Positions 39,946-48,637 of a stretch of 64,000 nucleotides of DNA are shown piece by piece. The position numbers and the translations under genes are program-made. Every line of letters begins with the position of its first letter. Within the stretch, counting starts at the first letter, position 1. The notes beneath the pieces were generated by a model, which saw nothing but the letters and a program-made list of their open reading frames with translations, searched no databases and had not been told where the DNA came from. The DNA is from an uncultured Methylomirabilota bacterium (GTDB lineage: Bacteria; Methylomirabilota; Methylomirabilia; Methylomirabilales; 2-02-FULL-66-22), in the NCBI GenBank assembly GCA_963845565.1, contig CAWJSJ010000001.1, positions 768,001-832,000 of the forward strand. The letters are read 5' to 3'.

Positions 39946-40158
39946 ATGGTTGCCCAGGTTATTGATCTCACGCCGTCCATGACGGGCTGGTATTACGCGT
40001 CGGTGTCCCCAGCGCACTTTCAGGCGCGGGAGGCCCGGCCGACCCCGAGAACCACGCCCATCCCGGTCGCGCCGGCCGACCCCGTGTGTCTGGGGTATGG
40101 CGCGGATGGCCGGCCGCGCCTGGCATCAGTTCGACCGCGCGTCTGGTACCTCGCCTAG
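39946..40158 (+). CDS. Small hypothetical protein, opposite strand, possibly leaderless
   Basis: Fills the gap between motA and upstream gene; TTGATT-N18-TAGACT ends 7 nt before ATG. Confidence 0.4.
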   Translation: MVAQVIDLTPSMTGWYYASVSPAHFQAREARPTPRTTPIPVAPADPVCLGYGADGRPRLASVRPRVWYLA

Positions 40159-40232
40159 CATTCATCCCCCGCCGTTATCGGTTTCGACCATCCTGGTAAT
40201 CCACCACGCGTCGCCTCGCCCCTCGCCGGCCA

Positions 40233-40862
40233 TCATCCGTCGGTGCGACTCGCCTTTCGGTAGTGCGCAATCAGGTTTGCGGCATGAAATCGGTTGAGTC
40301 CATTCGGGTCATTCTGCGCCCCGACGGGGGCGTAGCGGGACGACAGGAAACGAAGGAAGTCCTCCGTGTACCGCCCGCTGCTCCGATCGACCGCGATCCC
40401 TCCGCCCCGCTCGAAGCGGACGACATTGTTTCGCACGGTGTTGGCTGCAATGCGCGCCTGCCCGCCAAAATCGGAAGCGGGAACGGACAGAACGCCGAAT
40501 TCCTTTCCGGGCCCACCATTCTCGGTCCGGCGCAGGGCAGTCAAGAGCGAGGGGTCAACCCCGGTCCGGTCGGCCTCGCGCGCGATGACGAGCGCCTCAC
40601 CAGGTGTCCCTTCGGACACCGCTCCCTGTGCTCGTGGTGAGATTTCCGGGTCAGGCGTCGTCTCGGCTGGATCGGGTTCGGTCGCGCCGCCTCCCACGGC
40701 GTTCCGGTGAGCGCAGGCCTCCAGAACCGCGTCCCGGAACGACAGCGCCGCAAGGCCCAACAAAGCCGCCGATCCATGCGTCACGCGACCGCCGTCCACC
40801 GATGGCGTTCCACACCCGACCGCGGGGGCGCTCCAGCCGGCGGGATGAATCGGACCGATCAC
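40233..40862 (-). CDS. Lysozyme-like / lytic-transglycosylase-like protein
   Basis: AREADRTGVDPSLLTALRRTENGG with candidate catalytic Glu; RYAPVGAQNDPNGLN; GGAGG RBS before GTG. Confidence 0.6.
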   Translation of the reverse strand: MIGPIHPAGWSAPAVGCGTPSVDGGRVTHGSAALLGLAALSFRDAVLEACAHRNAVGGGATEPDPAETTPDPEISPRAQGAVSEGTPGEALVIAREADRTGVDPSLLTALRRTENGGPGKEFGVLSVPASDFGGQARIAANTVRNNVVRFERGGGIAVDRSSGRYTEDFLRFLSSRYAPVGAQNDPNGLNRFHAANLIAHYRKASRTDG

Positions 40863-41185
40863 GACCGCACCTCCAAGCTGCCGACACCCCTGGCGGGATG
40901 GCCATACGGCGTGGGGGCGTCCACCGGACGCCACTCACTTCCACCCTTCGGGAGTTCCGTCACAACGATCAGGCCCATGAGCACCAGGTCCATCAGCGCC
41001 TGCTCGAGGAGTTGTCCGGCGCTTCCCGTCCCCTGCAAATCTTCCCGCATTTCATCGGCGACCGACACCAGGTCGCCCGGATGGGTGCTGATTCCGGCGC
41101 GCACCCGTTGTTTGAGGTGCTGCTGCAGGACTGCGGCGTTCCATCGCCGCCAGCGTCGGTCGCACTCCGCTGTCGCCGTATCCAT
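40859..41185 (-). CDS. Hypothetical protein
   Basis: AGGAG RBS; stop overlaps next start (GTGA). Confidence 0.55.
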   Translation of the reverse strand: MDTATAECDRRWRRWNAAVLQQHLKQRVRAGISTHPGDLVSVADEMREDLQGTGSAGQLLEQALMDLVLMGLIVVTELPKGGSEWRPVDAPTPYGHPARGVGSLEVRS

Positions 41186-41201
41186 CGGGTTGCTCCTGCG
41201 T

Positions 41202-42653
41202 CTACCCCTCCGGCACCGCCATGGGGAGCGTGAACCAAAAACGGCTTCCCTGTCCGGGCACACTCTCGAGTCCGACCGTGCCGCCGTGGAGGACAACCAG
41301 TCGCCTGGTGAGCGACAGCCCCAGACCGGTCCCTTGCTGCTCTCCGCCCGTTGCCTGCTCGAAGTCCCGAAAGAGCCGCTGCTGATCCTCCAATGCGATT
41401 CCGATACCCGTGTCCCGAACCGAGACCTCCACGAACTGCCCGCCTGCTTCCCCGTATGTCGGCGCGCCGGTTTCCGGCGATTTGGGTGCCGACCTCGTCG
41501 GTGCGGCTGAGACCGTCACCGAGCCCCCTTCGGGCGTGAACTTTATCGCATTGCTGAGGAGATTCAGCAGGACCTGATGGACCCGCGCCGGGTCGGCCTG
41601 GACACACGCGAGTTCTTCGGGAACACTGTGTGCCAGCTGCACATGTTTGCTATCGGCCTGGGGTTGCATGACCGCCAGCGCCTGCTCGATGGTCGGAAGG
41701 AGTGCCATCGGGTGCGTTTGCAGACTGAGCTTGCCGGCCTCCACCTTCGCCAGGTCCAGGATATCGGTGATCAATCGCAGCAGGCGTGTCCCGCTATCGT
41801 GCACGTGACGGACGTAGCGTTCCTGCCGGTCGTTGAGCGGCCCGGACATCTGCGTCCGCAACATGTCCGAGAACCCCAGGATCGAATTGAGCGGGGTCCG
41901 CAGCTCGTGGGAAAAGTGTGCGAAGAACCGGAGCTTCTGCTGCGAGGCGGCCTGCAGTTCGGCGTTCAGATGCTCGAGTGCAGCCGTCCGCTCCCGCACC
42001 CGTGCCTCCAGCGTATCCGAATGCTGCTTGATCCGTCGATACAAGGCGGCGTTCTCGATGGCGATGGTCGCCTGATTGGCCAGGAGCGGAAGCAATCGCG
42101 TGGCATCCTCCGAGACGTCGCCCACCTCCCGCGCGTGCAGCGCGAGGATGCCCATGCAGGCGTTCTCCGGCCCAAGCGGCGCCGTGAGCAACGCGCGCCC
42201 CTCCGACGGGAACCAGCCCGGCGTCTCGTCGGATATAAACGGCACGACCAGGACCTTCCCGGTGGCGAACGTCTCGCCGAGCGGGCCCGACCCCGCGGGA
42301 ATACGGCAGGCGCCCGAATCCCGACGCCGCAGGATCTCGACGGGGCCGTCCGCCGTGCAGCGGGCTCGCAGCACCAGCTCCCCACTGTCATCCGCCAGAT
42401 AGAGGCTGCACGCCAAGGTGCTGAGTTCCTCTTGGACGATGGCGAGCAGACGCCGGAACACCTCGTCCAGCTCCGTGCAATCTCGCAGAACCTCCAGCAC
42501 CCGTCGGAGGACGGACAACTCCTGGATCTTCTGCTCGTACCGTTGCGTCATCTCTCCCAGCCCGGTCGCGTACAGGTCCCGCTCGCGCTGGAGTTGGCCG
42601 AGCACGGCGAGCGACGGCTGGGAGATCCCTTCGACGTGGAGCTGTGTTGTCAA
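41202..42653 (-). CDS. Cytoplasmic GAF-sensor histidine kinase
   Basis: GAF (LANQATIAIENAALY), H-box SHELRTPL, NLLSNAIKFT, DTGIG, GTGLGL; no TM. Confidence 0.92.
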   Translation of the reverse strand: MTTQLHVEGISQPSLAVLGQLQRERDLYATGLGEMTQRYEQKIQELSVLRRVLEVLRDCTELDEVFRRLLAIVQEELSTLACSLYLADDSGELVLRARCTADGPVEILRRRDSGACRIPAGSGPLGETFATGKVLVVPFISDETPGWFPSEGRALLTAPLGPENACMGILALHAREVGDVSEDATRLLPLLANQATIAIENAALYRRIKQHSDTLEARVRERTAALEHLNAELQAASQQKLRFFAHFSHELRTPLNSILGFSDMLRTQMSGPLNDRQERYVRHVHDSGTRLLRLITDILDLAKVEAGKLSLQTHPMALLPTIEQALAVMQPQADSKHVQLAHSVPEELACVQADPARVHQVLLNLLSNAIKFTPEGGSVTVSAAPTRSAPKSPETGAPTYGEAGGQFVEVSVRDTGIGIALEDQQRLFRDFEQATGGEQQGTGLGLSLTRRLVVLHGGTVGLESVPGQGSRFWFTLPMAVPEG

Positions 42654-43549
42654 TGCATCACCTGCAGAAAGGCCTCGACAGCCTCTCGCTCTTGGGTCAG
42701 CTCCTCAGTCCACCCCAGGAGGTTGGCCGGCCCGATTTTCAGCCGGTGCAGGACCTCGGCATCCGGCAGGGGGATCAAGTCGTCCCCACCCGACCCGATG
42801 GCTGCGTTTCGGGTCAGAATGTCCGCCAGGTGCACCACCGACGCGAGGCCTCGATAATCCGCGCTGGCTGCCGCAGGCCGATGATGGAATGCCACGGGCT
42901 CCACGATGGCGGCCGGAAACCGCCATCGTTCGGCGAGCCATTGACCCACCGCCGCGTGGTTGACGCTGAAGAGGGCCGTCTCCGCCTCGCGGATGAGACA
43001 CGGGGATTCCGCCGCCCGTCTCGCCGCTTCCGCGTACCGCCGGTAGAAGAACCGATCGAGCACGACTTTCCCGACGTCGTGAAGGAGGCCCCCCACGAAC
43101 GCCGCCTCGGGGTCGGCGATCCGGAGATGCTTCGCGATCCGACGGGCGGCGGCCGCCGTGGCACCCACGTGCAGCCAGAAACGTTCGCGATCGAAGCTGC
43201 TCACGACGTCCCCGTCGTTCAAGGTCTCGAAGACCGTTGCGGCGAGCACGATGCTCTTCACCGTATCGAAACCCAACAGGACGACCGCATGGTTGATGGT
43301 CACGATCTCGCGCCGAAAACCGTAAAACGCCGAGTTCGCCAGACGCAGGATTCGGGATGCCAAGGCCTGGTCGCTTCCAATCACCTTGGCCAAGTCTCCC
43401 GCCGAGGCGCGCTGATCCTCCACCAGCCGCAGCACCTGCGGAACGACAATGGGCAGCGTCGGGAGGTCCACGATGCGCTGCACCAACCGCCGGGTCTCTT
43501 CGGCGGGGAGCGGCGTCATGGTATGCGGATCTCGCTCTGTCGCGATCAT
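42650..43549 (-). CDS. HDOD-domain protein
   Basis: LPTLP, DQALASRILRLANSAFYG, AVVLLG, FWLH, GLLHDVGK, WRFP. Confidence 0.92.
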   Translation of the reverse strand: MIATERDPHTMTPLPAEETRRLVQRIVDLPTLPIVVPQVLRLVEDQRASAGDLAKVIGSDQALASRILRLANSAFYGFRREIVTINHAVVLLGFDTVKSIVLAATVFETLNDGDVVSSFDRERFWLHVGATAAAARRIAKHLRIADPEAAFVGGLLHDVGKVVLDRFFYRRYAEAARRAAESPCLIREAETALFSVNHAAVGQWLAERWRFPAAIVEPVAFHHRPAAASADYRGLASVVHLADILTRNAAIGSGGDDLIPLPDAEVLHRLKIGPANLLGWTEELTQEREAVEAFLQVMH

Positions 43550-43885
43550 CTACCGCGTCGCCTCCCGTCCACGCGTCAGTTGCTCCAGCAGCCGAATGAT
43601 CTCGTTCTGTTGCCGCAGCAGTTCCACTTGTGCCTGCGCGCTGGCCCGCGTCGCCGCCGCGATCTGGCGCAACCATTCCGCATCCTTCGCGCTGCCGTAT
43701 CGCACCGCATCCGCCGCCCCCGCCGTGAGATCGGAGATCTCCTGTTGCAGCAGAAGAATCCTGCCGTCGGGCACGATGTCCCGGCGGGGTGCCGATCGCT
43801 CCGGGCCGGCGGCCAGCGCCGCCCCGAGCACCACGATCAATCCGCACACGCTTATGCTGCACCACGCCCACCGCGGTCCGCTCAA
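43550..43885 (-). CDS. Hypothetical exported coiled-coil protein
   Basis: Hydrophobic N-terminus, heptad-like C-terminus; abuts neighbours with no gap. Confidence 0.55.
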   Translation of the reverse strand: MSGPRWAWCSISVCGLIVVLGAALAAGPERSAPRRDIVPDGRILLLQQEISDLTAGAADAVRYGSAKDAEWLRQIAAATRASAQAQVELLRQQNEIIRLLEQLTRGREATR

Positions 43886-44478
43886 CGCGCCACCTCCGTC
43901 GCGTGCGCTTCGTGTGTGTTGCGCGCACCGGCTGTTGTGCGTTCCGCCGGCGCCGTCCCCCGTTGCCGCTCCGGCCGGCCCCCGCCGGCGTGACGCCGAC
44001 TCCCCCCGGTCGTCTCCTGTTTCGCGCCCATACCTACCCGTCCCACCCGACGGACGGTCTTGCTCGACGCGGCCCCACGTGTCAGGTTCCTGAGGACCTG
44101 CAGTTCTCCTTCGAGGAGCGTCGACTCTCCGGCGAGGCTCTCCACGGCAACGCCTTGCTCGAGCATCTTGACGGCGCCTTGGAATCGGTCCGCGGGTACC
44201 GGACTCGCAGGCGGCGCGGGAGGCCGCTGCGGCAGGATTCCGGGGTCCCGGACCTTGGGCCCGCCGGAATCGGAGATCGGCGTGCGACCGACAACCGGGT
44301 CCCCCTGCCGCGTGACCTCCCGCCCGACAGCGCAGAGTTCCGCTGCCAGCGACTCCAACCGCTCTTCGCGTCGACGCGCCTCCACGGCGTATGCCTTGCG
44401 CTCTTGCACGAGGCGGATCAGGCTGGTGAGGATCGCCACGTTCATGGCGAGCTGGATCAGGATGAAGGTTAGGAGCAT
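43882..44478 (-). CDS. TM + coiled-coil + HTH protein (SwrB/DUF2802-like)
   Basis: N-terminal TM; RFQGAVKMLEQGVAVESLAGESTLLEGELQVLRNL. Confidence 0.6.
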   Translation of the reverse strand: MLLTFILIQLAMNVAILTSLIRLVQERKAYAVEARRREERLESLAAELCAVGREVTRQGDPVVGRTPISDSGGPKVRDPGILPQRPPAPPASPVPADRFQGAVKMLEQGVAVESLAGESTLLEGELQVLRNLTRGAASSKTVRRVGRVGMGAKQETTGGSRRHAGGGRPERQRGTAPAERTTAGARNTHEAHATEVAR

Positions 44479-44894
44479 GGCGCCACCGTTCCTCCCCGCG
44501 CGTGCAGGCGAAAGAGCGAATGGACCACCGGCACAGTCACTTGCGTGAGTGTTGCGGTCTCCTCGATGCTTTTCCCCTGCAACATACACCGAAGGATCGC
44601 CAGCCGTTGTCGGAGGGGGAGACCCACGTTGCCCTCCCCGTCTCCCGTGCTGTCCCCGTCGGCTCGCACCGGCGGCGGAGACGGCACCGACGACGCGACC
44701 ATCGTCCCGGAACCGGCAGTGTGCGGCAGGCGCGCCGCGGCCACCGGGCGGAGCGCCGCCAGGATCGTGGCGAAGGTGCGCGTGTCGTCAGCGCCGTACG
44801 CTGGACGCCACACGCGCACCGCGACCGCCAGCGCCGCCACCAGGCATGCCACGTTCACCATCACGAGTATCGTCAGCACGGCGCCTCCCCTCAC
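44469..44894 (-). CDS. TM + C-terminal HTH protein (SwrB/DUF2802-like)
   Basis: N-terminal TM; ILRCMLQGKSIEETATLTQVTVPVVHSLFRL. Confidence 0.55.
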   Translation of the reverse strand: MRGGAVLTILVMVNVACLVAALAVAVRVWRPAYGADDTRTFATILAALRPVAAARLPHTAGSGTMVASSVPSPPPVRADGDSTGDGEGNVGLPLRQRLAILRCMLQGKSIEETATLTQVTVPVVHSLFRLHARGGTVAPCS

Positions 44895-45088
44895 ACCCGC
44901 ACATCGAGCGTGTCACATCGTTTTCCGTCTTGGGTGGACGCGTCAACATCTTCTCGACCATGTCCCTCAGGACCGGAAGGCGGCGACTCGTCGGAGCCTG
45001 CAAGACGCCGTCCTCGTCTGGATGACCACTGGTCCAGGGTGCGTCGCGGTGGCTCGCCGGCGGCCGGCACCCGATCGATGTCCCGCAT
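44891..45088 (-). CDS. Small hydrophilic hypothetical protein
   Basis: GAGG RBS; ends TLDVRV; GTGA overlap with next gene. Confidence 0.45.
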   Translation of the reverse strand: MRDIDRVPAAGEPPRRTLDQWSSRRGRRLAGSDESPPSGPEGHGREDVDASTQDGKRCDTLDVRV

Positions 45089-45097
45089 GGCTGCGCC

Positions 45098-45733
45098 TCA
45101 GTTCGGGGTGAAATATTCCACCACCGGCCAGCTCGCCGCCGGCGTATCTTGCAGCCGCGGCCACCCGTCGGAAAGAAGCCGCACCAGTTCACTCGCCGCC
45201 CGCCGCGTCGCCGCGTCGTACCCTCGTCCGGGAGCGTCTGAGATCTCGGGATCATACCGCCCCTGCCACAGCGTGCGACCGTCCGCGAGTTGCACCAGCC
45301 GGCCCTCCACACCGACGCGCGTGATCCGCGTCTCGCGCCCCCAGTGCTGCTCGTAGCGAAAGACATCCACCACCAACAGCTGGCCCACGCCGTGCCGACT
45401 CGCCAGCCGGTCCACACACTCTGGAGAGACCCGCTGGCCGATGGCGACTTGCCGTGCGGCTTCGGCCAGGATCACCCCGAGTTCCGGCACCGCCTGCACC
45501 AAGAGGTCCCGATCCAGCACGTTGAACCAGCGCGCACCGAGCTCCATGGTGACCAGTCGCCCAACCTGACGACTCGGCGTCGCCAGCTCCGCTTCGCGGG
45601 GCAGATCCACCACCAGCACCCAGCTCTGTCCCCGCTCCGCTCGATAGCTGGGATCGGCCACCACAAACGGCGCGGGAGCGCAACCACAGACCAGGAGGCA
45701 CGCCGCCAGATGGAGACCGCTACGGAAGAGCAT
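45098..45733 (-). CDS. Lipoprotein, probable CsgG/TolB-N/FlgO-like fold
   Basis: Lipobox VCGC; FNVLDR, RVGVEGRLVQLADGRTLW; overlaps fliA stop. Confidence 0.6.
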   Translation of the reverse strand: MLFRSGLHLAACLLVCGCAPAPFVVADPSYRAERGQSWVLVVDLPREAELATPSRQVGRLVTMELGARWFNVLDRDLLVQAVPELGVILAEAARQVAIGQRVSPECVDRLASRHGVGQLLVVDVFRYEQHWGRETRITRVGVEGRLVQLADGRTLWQGRYDPEISDAPGRGYDAATRRAASELVRLLSDGWPRLQDTPAASWPVVEYFTPN

Positions 45734-46592
45734 GCGCCAGCACTCCTTGTCCCTGCAAACCCTCCTCTGGAACCGTCAAGGCCGCCGCCGTCAGCCGTTG
45801 ACGTTGGAGTTGGCCACGCATGTGGAGGAGCGCCGCGCTGTGAATCTGCGAGACGCGAGACTCCGAGACCTCGAGCACGGCCGCAATCTCTTTCATCGTC
45901 AGCTCCTCGTAGTAGTACAGGCTGAGCACCGTCCGCTCGCTGTGAGGAAGCTGGTCGATGATGGTCCCAAGGATGGCACGCCGCTCGCTGAGCGCCAGCG
46001 CCCGCCAGGGATCCGGGGTGCGGCGCTCCGCGAGTGCCGGCGGGTCTCCGCTTTCCTCCTCCTCGTCGCCGCCACCCGGTCGCCCCGCATCCAATGAGAG
46101 CTGCAACCCGCCCCGCAGTTCGTACAGCACGCGAAAATACACGTCCAGGTCCATCCCCAGGTATTCGGCCACCTCGTGGTCGTGTGGGGCACGGAGGAGG
46201 CGTTGCTCCAACACCACGGTGGCGCGGTCGATCCGCCGTGCCTTCTCGCGGAGAGAGCGGGGCAAGGTGTCCAGGCTCCGGAGTTCGTCGAGGATGGCAC
46301 CGCGGATCCGGACCTGGGCGTAGACGGCGAACTCCACCTCCATGTCCGGGTCGTAGGCCTCAATAGCGGCCAGCAGACCTGGAATACCCGCCGACTCCAG
46401 ATCATCCAATTCCACGTGCGGAGGCAGCCTGAGGGCGAGCCGGCCCGCCACCTTGCGCACGAGCCCGATCGTCTCCTGGATGAGGGTGTCGCGTATGTCG
46501 GGATCCCGGTTCACCCGGAAGCGGCGCCAGAGCGGGCGCAAATCCTCTCGTATGCCCCCTCCCGGTTTTGTGCGAGGCGTCCCTCGGGCCAT
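45720..46592 (-). CDS. fliA: Flagellar sigma factor (sigma28)
   Basis: ELDDLESAGIPGL, RIRGAILDELR, LYYYEELTMKEIA, VSESRVSQIH. Confidence 0.93.
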   Translation of the reverse strand: MARGTPRTKPGGGIREDLRPLWRRFRVNRDPDIRDTLIQETIGLVRKVAGRLALRLPPHVELDDLESAGIPGLLAAIEAYDPDMEVEFAVYAQVRIRGAILDELRSLDTLPRSLREKARRIDRATVVLEQRLLRAPHDHEVAEYLGMDLDVYFRVLYELRGGLQLSLDAGRPGGGDEEEESGDPPALAERRTPDPWRALALSERRAILGTIIDQLPHSERTVLSLYYYEELTMKEIAAVLEVSESRVSQIHSAALLHMRGQLQRQRLTAAALTVPEEGLQGQGVLAHALP

Positions 46593-46593
46593 C

Positions 46594-47451
46594 TCACGCC
46601 ACCTCCGGCGACTCGATCAGCCGCTGCCAGAACTCTCGACCATCACCGGAAGACGCCTTCCGTGCCAGACGCGCCGCCATTCCCCGGATGGCTTCGGTAG
46701 CCCGGGCGTAGGGAAAGTAGAGCGCCAGTGGCCGCTGTTCCCGTACCGCCCGCTCGACGCAGGCGTCGCGAGGGATCCATCCGCCTAACGGGATCTCGCG
46801 ATGGAGGAACCGCCGGATGATCCGATCCAAATGCTCGTGCACCTCGCGTGCCTGACCCGCGTGCTCCGCCAAATTGACGACCAACTGCAGCGGCAGGCCC
46901 GGTCGCCGGTGGGTGAGGATCTTCACCATGGCGTACGCGTCAGTGATGGCCGTAGGTTCCGGCGTCGTAACGACCAGGACCTCGTCCGCCGCCAGCGTGA
47001 GCGCCAAGACGGTTTTGGACACCCCGGCACCCGTATCGAGAATTGTGACCCCCGTCCCGAGGGACAGGTTCTGCAGCCGGTTGACCAAGAATTGCCTCGC
47101 CACACGGCTCAAATTGGCCAGCGCCTCGACTCCCGACGCCGCCGGGATAATCTCCAGTCCGGCCGGTCCCTCGAGAATCACCTCTTCCAGCGGCATCCCG
47201 CCGGCGACCACGTCCCGAAGGGAATGTCGGGGGTGCAGGTTCAGGAGAACGTCTACGTTGGCGAGTCCAAGGTCGCCGTCCACCAGCCGCGTGCGTTCGC
47301 CCGCCTGCGCCAACGCCAGGGCCAGATTCACGGCCAGTGAGGTCTTCCCCACGCCGCCCTTGCCCGAGGTGATCGCCAGGCTCCATGATCGCTGTGCTGG
47401 CGCGGCCTGCCGCAGCCGAGCGGCCTGATCGCGCGGGACGGTCTCAAGCAT
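46594..47451 (-). CDS. flhG: Flagellar number regulator, MinD-like ATPase
   Basis: DQAARLR, SGKGGVGKT, DLGLANVD, TTPEPTAITDAY. Confidence 0.92.
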   Translation of the reverse strand: MLETVPRDQAARLRQAAPAQRSWSLAITSGKGGVGKTSLAVNLALALAQAGERTRLVDGDLGLANVDVLLNLHPRHSLRDVVAGGMPLEEVILEGPAGLEIIPAASGVEALANLSRVARQFLVNRLQNLSLGTGVTILDTGAGVSKTVLALTLAADEVLVVTTPEPTAITDAYAMVKILTHRRPGLPLQLVVNLAEHAGQAREVHEHLDRIIRRFLHREIPLGGWIPRDACVERAVREQRPLALYFPYARATEAIRGMAARLARKASSGDGREFWQRLIESPEVA

Positions 47452-47455
47452 CGGG

Positions 47456-48637
47456 TCACGCCCTCGGCGAGCGCTGCGGCCGCCGCTCGCGAATACTGGG
47501 GAGGAGCAATGTCGCCAGGCGACGGGATGTCGCAATCTCCAGGTCGTCCGGAACTTCCTGGCCGGTGGTGAGGTAAGAGATGGACAGATCGCGCTGCAGC
47601 GCCAGACCGAGGAGCGGCCCGGGTGAGCGCACCTCGTCCAACTTGCTGATCGCCACATGCTGATACGCGAGCGGCCGGAACCGCTGCAGGACCTCCTCCG
47701 CGTCGCTGCCCTTGGTGGTCGCGCTGACGACCAAGTGGACCTCCGCGTTCGGGAGCCGCTGCAGGAAGGGTTGCAGGTCGGCGATCCCTTCCCGGTGCTG
47801 CGGGCTCCGACCCATGCTGTCCAGTAAGACCAGGTCCGCATCCTGTTCCGCCCGCAGCGCGCGGTCGAGCTCTCCCGGCGTCCGGACCACGTGGAGCGGC
47901 GCCTGCAAGAGCTCCGCGTAGATCCGCATCTGGGCGATCGCGCCGATCCGGTAGGTATCCAGACTCATCAGGGCAACCTTGAGACCACCCGCCCGGCGGC
48001 ATTGCCCGGCGAGTTTGGCGAGCGTCGTCGTCTTGCCGACCCCCGTGGGACCCACCAGCGCCACGACCCGCCGCCCCCGCCCGACGTCCGCCGCTTGCTG
48101 CACCCGAAAGGCGCGGTTCAGCGCGGTCTGCAGCACCGTCCGGATTTCGCCGTCGCGACCCCCGGGGACGTCCGCGGACAGATCCAGCAGCAGTCGCCGG
48201 GCGAGCGCCGCAGGCAGTTCCCGCCGGCACAGTTCGGAATACACAGGGCGGAGGGCCGCCGGCATGCGAGGCGTGGGGCTCGTGCCCGCTCGAAGCTCCA
48301 GGAGCATCCGGTACATCTCGTCGATCCGATCGCCGTCGCTCGCGTGTCCGCCCGGCAATGCCACCGGTTGCACCCCAGATTTCACGGACACGCCAGCCGC
48401 TCGTGCGTCGGCGGGCCGCTCGTCATCGCTCCAACCGCCCCGTCTCGCCGTCCGACTGGAGGACCTCGCCTCATCGTCGATCGCCGCCGTCACCTCGACC
48501 CAACCGCCCGATAGGTTGCTCTGCCGTTCGCGCTGGGTTTCCCGGGCGTGCAGGATCACCGCCTCGGGCCCCAAGTCCGCGCGTACCTTCGCCAGCGCCT
48601 CGGTTACCGTCGCCGCTTCAAACCGTCGCAGCCGCAT
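47456..48637 (-). CDS. flhF: Flagellar SRP-type GTPase
   Basis: EALAKVRADLGPEAVIL, GPTGVGKTTT, DTYRIGA, SKLDE, TGQEVPDD. Confidence 0.93.
   Translation of the reverse strand: MRLRRFEAATVTEALAKVRADLGPEAVILHARETQRERQSNLSGGWVEVTAAIDDEARSSSRTARRGGWSDDERPADARAAGVSVKSGVQPVALPGGHASDGDRIDEMYRMLLELRAGTSPTPRMPAALRPVYSELCRRELPAALARRLLLDLSADVPGGRDGEIRTVLQTALNRAFRVQQAADVGRGRRVVALVGPTGVGKTTTLAKLAGQCRRAGGLKVALMSLDTYRIGAIAQMRIYAELLQAPLHVVRTPGELDRALRAEQDADLVLLDSMGRSPQHREGIADLQPFLQRLPNAEVHLVVSATTKGSDAEEVLQRFRPLAYQHVAISKLDEVRSPGPLLGLALQRDLSISYLTTGQEVPDDLEIATSRRLATLLLPSIRERRPQRSPRA

Noticed and set aside
40174..40202. Possible sigma28 promoter for motAB (CCGATAA on minus strand)
   Set aside because: No TAAA -35 element at the proper spacing
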